Shown here in pieces: positions 57,336 through 64,000 of a stretch of DNA of 64,000 nt; the first letter of the stretch is position 1; each line of letters begins with the position of its first letter. The notes beneath the pieces were generated by a model that worked only from the letters and a program-made list of their open reading frames with translations, did not search any database and was not told where the DNA came from. Location: positions 176,144,001 to 176,208,000 of the forward strand of contig CM059425.1 in assembly GCA_030390025.1 (NCBI GenBank). The letters run 5' to 3'. Made by a program: the position numbers and the translations under genes. Source of the stretch: Squalus acanthias (Eukaryota).

Positions 57336-58478
57336 GATAATTGTTGTTGAAGATTTGCACCTCCTTGCAGGCCCAGGTCAAAAGCAGCAATGATCAGGGT
57401 GTGGCTGTGCAGCATGATGGACCCTCCCTTTTAAGAACTGGAAGGCGCCAGTCTGTCGGAGTACTAGGTAATTGACAGCGCCTGAGCTTGAGTAGCGCTC
57501 TGAGGTAGTGCCCCGCTCCCCGATGTTAGCGCCGTAAGAGAAGTGTGTAGGACTTGATTTAGCGCTCCAATCACCTCCGGGGCGCTGGAGACGAACTTCC
57601 AGGTCGCCGGCAATAATTTGTGCCCAAAAATGGTCGATACCAAATTTTTCCCCCCCTCCATTCATTGTTTGGGCCAGCCCACGTGATCCCAGGCGCACTC
57701 GCGAACCGCTTGCACCCCTGGGATATGTGGGCCTCTACGCAGGTCTACGCATAAACGCCCAGGAGCACGAGTCTACGTGAATCCCAAGGCACCAGGTAGG
57801 CGTGGATTCTATTTGCGAATCGGAGGCATTTCCCCGCGGGAAGCCTCCAACCGCAAATTCAGTCCCATTGTCATCTTACTGGGCAGTAAAAATTTCTCTG
57901 ATACCCATTTAATAAATTATTCAACATAATTCTAGAGGATTCATCTGATGAAAGGCAGATCTTTTTCTAATGTGACAGGTGAAATTAGAACTCAGAGAGT
58001 TAAGCAAAACTGCTCAAGGTCCTTTGGTTGCGAGTTTACTATTTGTATCACAGAGGTCACCTTGTTGAAAATGTAATTGCTCTGATATTTTCAGAAGGAA
58101 ATAAGGGAAGACTGCAGAAAGTGGGACAAATTGCCTATAAATTTCTTTGAAATAAGCACATCAGCTTTTCAACAGATACTTGCTACATTTATTAAAAGGA
58201 AGTCAGCTTACAGTCAGGGTAATGTTGTACTGTATAATGAATACAGATATAAACAATTTCTATATCTATGTTAGTCCTTAAGGTATTCAAAGTCAATGTA
58301 TTAAAAAATATTATTGTCAGCTATACCTTATTTACACTGATTACTCAGAGGATAGCAAGAACTCTATCTAATATCCAGTTGGCAGTACAAACTCATCAAT
58401 CCACCCAACATGGAGTAAACCTGCTTCTCAGTTATGCTATGCCAAAGCCAACTTAAAGGCAGTGTAACCAGTGACTAT

Positions 58479-59344
58479 GGCCGCGATTTTCTCGATCAAT
58501 ACGGCTTGGGAGTGGGTCAGTTGGTTTCCGGGTTCCAGTCCCGCCCCCAACTTCATCCGGCCCACGGATGTGATTTTACGTCAATTGGTCCTGTTAAGCC
58601 AGCCCTGTGGGCTTGCCGGCCAATTAAGAGGAAGCCGGTCAGATGACGTCATTTGATGACGTGTCAGCTGCCGGTTTTCTTAAAGGGACCACGCACAATT
58701 TCTTTTTGACAGCTCATTTCTCAGTGTTTGACAGCATTGAGGTGCTGCAAACACAGACAATCACTGTTCACAGGTGAGTTCTTGCACCCAGGCACTCCAA
58801 TGACTCCCTCTATAGGCTAGAACAGATGGCAGCTGCAGGTGAGGTTACAGAAGCGATCTGTCACTGGTGAGAGAGGTTCTCCCAATGAGGTGGGACTACA
58901 CATACAATTCAAAATGTGTTACCTACAGAAAAGTCTAAATGCATTAAAAATGAATTTCCCAACATTTTCTTACCTCTGAAACTCACTAGTGCACCATTGG
59001 ATCCTTCAAACCACTTCTGCAGCTGTCATCAATGCAGAAACATTACAGCAGACTCACAACACGCCACACTTACCTGGCGTGGTGTCCGGATGTCGGGAAG
59101 CCCGAAGTAGAAGGGTCAAAATTGAAAAAGAGCCTGTTAACTGCCTGTTAACAAGCAGTTAAGTAGCTATAATCCTCTTCCCGCTGCTAGGTGTCGGGTC
59201 CATGCGCAAATCGGGGACCCGACACTTGGGAAGATTGATTGGAGGCGGGTTGACAGCGGGTTTCCTGCCCGCTGTCAATCTTTGCGATTTTGCCTGCGGT
59301 CCCGCCTCCAAACCCGCCCCCTGAGCACCGGCAAAATTCCGGCC
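58479..59344 (+). mobile_element. Harbinger MITE (15733 family)
   Basis: GGCCGCGATTTT / AAAATTCCGGCC; flanks TAT and TAA. Left 300 bp is similar to 15733-16050. Confidence 0.75.
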
Positions 59345-59689
59345 TAAATTCTTCATTACATCTGCTTCATTTTACTTATCACATTGGTCCACCATCCAGT
59401 CTGCCTGTCATTTATTATAAACAACAGAAAACATTTTTATATTGTGGAAAAATTCCATTATCACTTCTTATTATAACAAATTCATTTTTAACATTTCTAT
59501 GCATTCCCAACTTGTCATTGCCTGGATGCATTTGATGTTTCATAATATTTTTTGCTTTTTGCAACAGTCAATGTATATTTTAACAGGTCAGTAGTTAACA
59601 ACTTTAAGCACCTTAGTGTTTTTGAAATAAAAGATTATTTTTTTGAAGTATGTTCCTCAGCACGTGCCCTCACACAACAGGATTGCATT

Positions 59690-59845
59690 TAATAAATCTG
59701 GTGGCTATTTGTGGGCTGGCACCAGAAAACCACCGATCTGGCCAACAAGTGACTCCAGTCCGACACTATGTGGTTGACTCTTAATGCCCTCAAGTAAGGA
59801 TGGGCAATAAATGCTCCTTTGTTGGTTTCACCCAAATCCCAAGAA
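59690..59845 (+). mobile_element. SINE-like remnant sharing the GGATGGGCAATAAATGCT tail of the 39826/63450 LINE family
   Basis: Tail similarity to 41680-41725, followed by an A-rich end. Confidence 0.5.
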
Positions 59846-60267
59846 AAAAATTAAAAAATAAACAAGGATATATGTAAATATGTGAGATTCTTTACTTTAG
59901 TCAAACTGTCTTCACCATATCCATGTGCAGTAGTTGATGTAAATAGAGGAAAACTGCTTGGTGGGAGATTAAGCTGGCTGTGGAAGGGCAGCAGTAGTCA
60001 GGTGCAGCAGGAGCTTTATTTTTCAGTTTGTGGGATTTGGACGTGGGGCATTCCCATTTTCCTGTCCACAACTCCAAATTGATCATGGTTTGAAATATTA
60101 AGTAAGGCATAAATGCTAGCACAGTAAATGTTAGTTGTAAATATAACAGCCATTTCAATTGCATTTTTAATCATCCAGGGAGTGGTGTCTGATCTATTTC
60201 TCTACCTTCTTGTAGCTGACTGAGAGAGTTTTTAATCAGAAAAAGAGACATATGAACTAATATATTG

Positions 60268-60950
60268 GTCCAAAAATTAAAGCTTAAAGCTGTCAAAATA
60301 ATGGTGAGACTAACGGCGCTCGCCGTTATTTATGTGCAAATGCCACAGCAACTTCAGGCGAGGGCAGATGCGTGATTAAATGCGGAAATTGAAAAGTTGC
60401 TGTCGGAGAGGCACTGCTCCGCCGTTAGCTTTGCGAAAACAGCATTTCGCTGTTTGGCTCTCCGTTCAAATACATTGAGTGGCGTGAAGTTCCTGTACTT
60501 GCACTGTAGATACGAAATAAACTCGCCACAGAAAGTTAAGTCAAGTTATTTCAAGTCTTAGTACCCTTTTAACAATGGGATAAGTGTTAATTACTGCCAG
60601 TCAACCTCTCTGACACTGAAAATTAACTATTACAAGTGTGGAGTCTCATTCCTTCACATTTTCATTGCTGTTGGAGATTATGAAAAAAAAATACTTTTTT
60701 TTCTGTCTATTTTTTTCTCTCTGTCTCTTAATTCAATCTTTCTTTTCCTCTACTTAATTTTTCTTTCTGTATCAAATTTGATATTGAATTCACCCACTCT
60801 AATTTACATTCCTTGTTCTGACTGGCTGCTGTTCATTTCACAATCCTTCAATCTGATTGGTTAAGGAGATACACAGTTGCTTGTCCTGTTCACTCAGGTC
60901 CCAGATGCCCTGTAGAGGGCGCCGCACCGTTTCCATCTCCACTTCCAGCA
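60268..60950. mobile_element. Probable non-autonomous DNA element, unclassified
   Basis: CpG-retaining block starting GGTCCAAAAATT with a T-rich centre, set in AT-rich DNA. No second TIR found. Confidence 0.3.
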
Positions 60951-62681
60951 TTTTGAATTTTTAGTGTTTTTCAGAATAGCTAATGAAAGTGTGTAAGAAT
61001 GTCCAATTCCATTCATTCAGTTCAGTGATTTTACAGTATATAATTTAAATATGGTTCTGATTTATCTGAAAGCACATTCAAGTGATAGAACATGCTGTAT
61101 ATTGTTTGAATACCCTACATCCTTGTTGTAACATGGTTATTAGGAACCAGGATTTTGGCACATTATAATGAGGTATGCATGACTGTGAGTGTTTCCACAA
61201 CACAGTAAACATAGGTGGATGCTGGGATCTACAACCTTCTATTCTGTTAAGTCTGTTCAGCTGATACATCTGGGAAAATGCATGAATGCGAGGCTCAGGC
61301 TTCTACAAGCCTCTAATGGAAAACATTGTAACATTTTAAATAGAGAAGATGCTATTGTATAGGCAAGTCTAATCATTTTCTTGTGTATTTTGTAATTTTT
61401 ATATTACACATTTTAGGGCCAATTCCATGCTCCTAGCAGGAGCTGTGTTTGTAGGGATCGAGGGAAATCTCAGGAATGAAGCCTGTTTTCCACACGTTAA
61501 AACTGATGGATGGAAAACCATGGGCTGCACACCCGTGATTTCCTGCACTGTGCTTTTTGCAAACACAGTTCCCCATTGGGAGTGTCCTTATTGTTCCAGT
61601 TGTCAGAGTGCAACTCAGTGGAGAAACTAAAAATGGCAGACAAAGGCATTTCCAAAATAATATTTGATTTGTTCCACTTTTCCTTTTTTATTGGTATATT
61701 TGCTGACTCAACATGATCAATTTTTTGATTTCTCGTGTCCTTAGTGTGACAAAAATGAAGCCTTCTTGTCTATGATGGATTATGTTATTGGCTTCTTTCT
61801 TGCTGGTGACAGTACTAACAGGGGTTAAATTAGGTTCACTTAAATAAACCAGCCCAGGCTTGTGCTACAAAAAGCACAAGGTGTAGAAGATGGTCTGATT
61901 GAGATATTAGCGGGACATAAATCTGTAAAGTGTAACTCTCCACCTGCTTGTTTGGTTCATTGTGTTCAATGGTGGCAATTGGATTATTCCAGCAGCAATC
62001 AGGTGGGACAGGATTCAATTAAAATAATGAGTATTGTTTGGATCTTTTTATAGTGTAATAATACTTAATTAGTAGCTCTCTCTGAATTGGAAAGATACAT
62101 TTTTAATTTCCTTTCTTCTGATTTATCTTCATTATAATTTTGAAAGTGGACCTTTAGGCTGTCTTGCATCAATCTAATAATCATTTTGAAGCCATCAGAG
62201 ACAGGGGCAGACCTGGTAGGTCATGTAAGATTAATCAGGGACCTGGTTTCAGCTTGAGTTTCATATTAATGTTAATGCAAGAGAAGTGATTTTGTTGTTT
62301 TCTACATCCCAAAGAAGTTAAGTCTATATTTATAGCAAATCTTTTGTTGTTTTAGTTATCATTCATTTGCTGCTCACTAGATTTGTCCTTTAACTTATAG
62401 TCCAAGCCACAGTCTGATAGAGTTTTTATTCTTCCATCTTCTGAAGTCAAGAAAACCACTTGGTAGCATGTGATCTTTCCAGTAAGCTGAAATACAGTGA
62501 TGAGGGTTTTCTGTTTGATCGTTAGTTTTGCGAATATTCTTTAGTTATTAGACAAGTAAACATAGGGTATACAGGACTGGTCCGTGATACTGAAATTGAG
62601 AAAAATATCTAGCGTAAAGACCAAAAATCAGAAACTTTATTGGGTAGCTATTCTGAGGCCTTGGCCCTTGGCCATTTCAAT

Positions 62682-63220
62682 GGGCAGAAAATTGCAGACT
62701 GTGCACTTGACTTGAGCTTATGATTTTCCAATCCATGTTCACAATGGGTCAGTCATTTCACCACGGGCAAGGAGTTGGAAAATCTACTCTAGTAATCCCA
62801 TATTTGAAGTTCATTTTCCTCACGTTTCATTTGTGCAATCACCACCTCTTCAGTTGTGATTTGCCTCTAACAAGGCAAATGTCAGTGGGACACGGACTAC
62901 TTTTGCATCGGTGGGTCCAGTCCAGGGAAGCAGCCTAGACCTGAAGAAAGCAGGAATTTTTTGAAAGAAATTTTTCAAGATCGGCCCCTTAAAGTTGATG
63001 AAGACATGGCCGGGGTCAGGAGAGGGGCCTTGGCAATTGACCACATGGAGCAGGTGGCCACCTGAGATGCACCTGTAGTGGCTTTTATGGCCCCCTGCCC
63101 CGTGCAAATTAGTTGCCCTCCCACTGACACCACAAACTCCAGCAGGGTCAGTGCTGCAGGGCACCAGTCGGTGTGATCCCATGTAACTGTCTGGACCACA
63201 TCCAGAGGAATTTTCATCCC
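62682..63220. mobile_element. Old Harbinger-type MITE
   Basis: GGGCAGAAAATT / AATTTTCATCCC; TSD not preserved. Confidence 0.4.
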
Positions 63221-63449
63221 AGAAATATGTGACAAAGGATCAGTTTGTTCAACCTTTGCTATCTCTTGAGAAAGTGTTGTGAGTAAAGAAATATAAAAAT
63301 AAGCAAAAACGTCATGAATGAGAAACCTGGGCTGACAACAGGTGTAAAATTATGTATCACTTGTTCCCAATTTTAACCACTGAAGCTGAAGTTACATTTA
63401 TTATGATAATTATTCTTTTAAAGGGCCTCTCTTCTCATGGAAAGGTGCT

Positions 63450-64000
63450 TTTTCTTCATTCACAGGGTGTGGGCCTCGTTGGCAAGGCCAGCATTTATTG
63501 CCCATCCCTAATTGCCCTTGAGAAGGTGGTGGTGAGCAGCCTTCTTGAACCGCTGCAGTCCGTGTGGTGAAGGTACTCCCACAGTGCTGTTAGGTAGGGA
63601 GTTCCAGGATTTTGACCCAGCAACGATGAAGGAATGGCGATATATTTCCAAGTCAGGATGGTGTATGACTTGGAGGGGAACTTGGAGGTGGTGGGGTTCC
63701 CATGCACTTGCTGCCCTTGTCCTTCTAGGTGGTAGAGGTCACAGGTTTGGGAGGAGCTGTCGAAGAAGCCTTGGCGAGTTGCTGCAGTGCATCTTGTAGA
63801 TGGTACACACTGCAGACACGGTGTACCGGTGGTGGAGGGAGTGAATGTTTAAGGTGGTGGATGGGGTGCCAATCAAGCTGGCTGCTTTGTCCTGGATGGT
63901 GTTGAGCTTCTTGAGTGTTGTTGGAGCTGCACTCATCCAAGCAAGTGGAGAGTATTCCATCACACTCCTTACTTGTGCCTTGTAGATGGTGGAAAGGCTT
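63450..64000 (-). mobile_element. CR1/L2-group LINE 3' end (same family as 39826)
   Basis: MEYSPLAWMSAAPTTLKKLNTIQDKAA and the same 3' tail; runs off the window end. Confidence 0.9.

Larger units (their letters stand above)
53370..57654. mobile_element. Autonomous-type PIF/Harbinger transposon, decayed
   Basis: TIR GGGGGAAAAATT / AATTTTTCCCCC. Convergent transposase and Myb/SANT genes. Confidence 0.93.
52931..57866. mobile_element. Harbinger-type MITE (AT-rich centre) split by the autonomous-type element
   Basis: ATT flanks at 52928-52930 and 57867-57869. Layout resembles 28833-29597 in inverse. Confidence 0.65.

Overview
Eukaryotic, repeat-dominated DNA with no host gene that I can identify. 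The repeat repertoire resembles cartilaginous fish (shark); this is an inference, not a database match. The window is a stack of nested transposable elements separated by AT-rich unique DNA. (1) Many PIF/Harbinger DNA transposons, with GGG..AAATT TIRs and 3-bp TSDs. These include one decayed autonomous-type copy (53370-57654; HARBI1-like DDE transposase convergent with a 3-exon Myb/SANT gene), several derivatives that keep the Myb/SANT gene but have lost the transposase core, and MITEs. (2) CR1 LINEs, including a full-length copy with intact ORF1 (zinc finger, leucine zipper, SGNH esterase) and ORF2 (34282-38740), and a second copy with intact ORF2. (3) Short Penelope-like fold-back elements carrying minimal hammerhead ribozyme motifs. 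(4) A solo LTR, a Ty3/Gypsy gag relic, a Vingi/Ingi-like LINE, a 30-bp minisatellite and a 1235-bp tandem duplication made by recombination between two CR1 copies. The most notable signal is at the CR1 ORF1/ORF2 junctions. All three place a U_UUA_AAC (once U_UCA_AAC) heptamer directly before the ORF1 stop, with ORF2 open in the -1 frame, and one intact ORF2 has no AUG upstream of the end of its endonuclease domain. This suggests -1 programmed ribosomal frameshifting in these LINEs. Coordinates were read by eye; boundaries without a quoted TSD are approximate.
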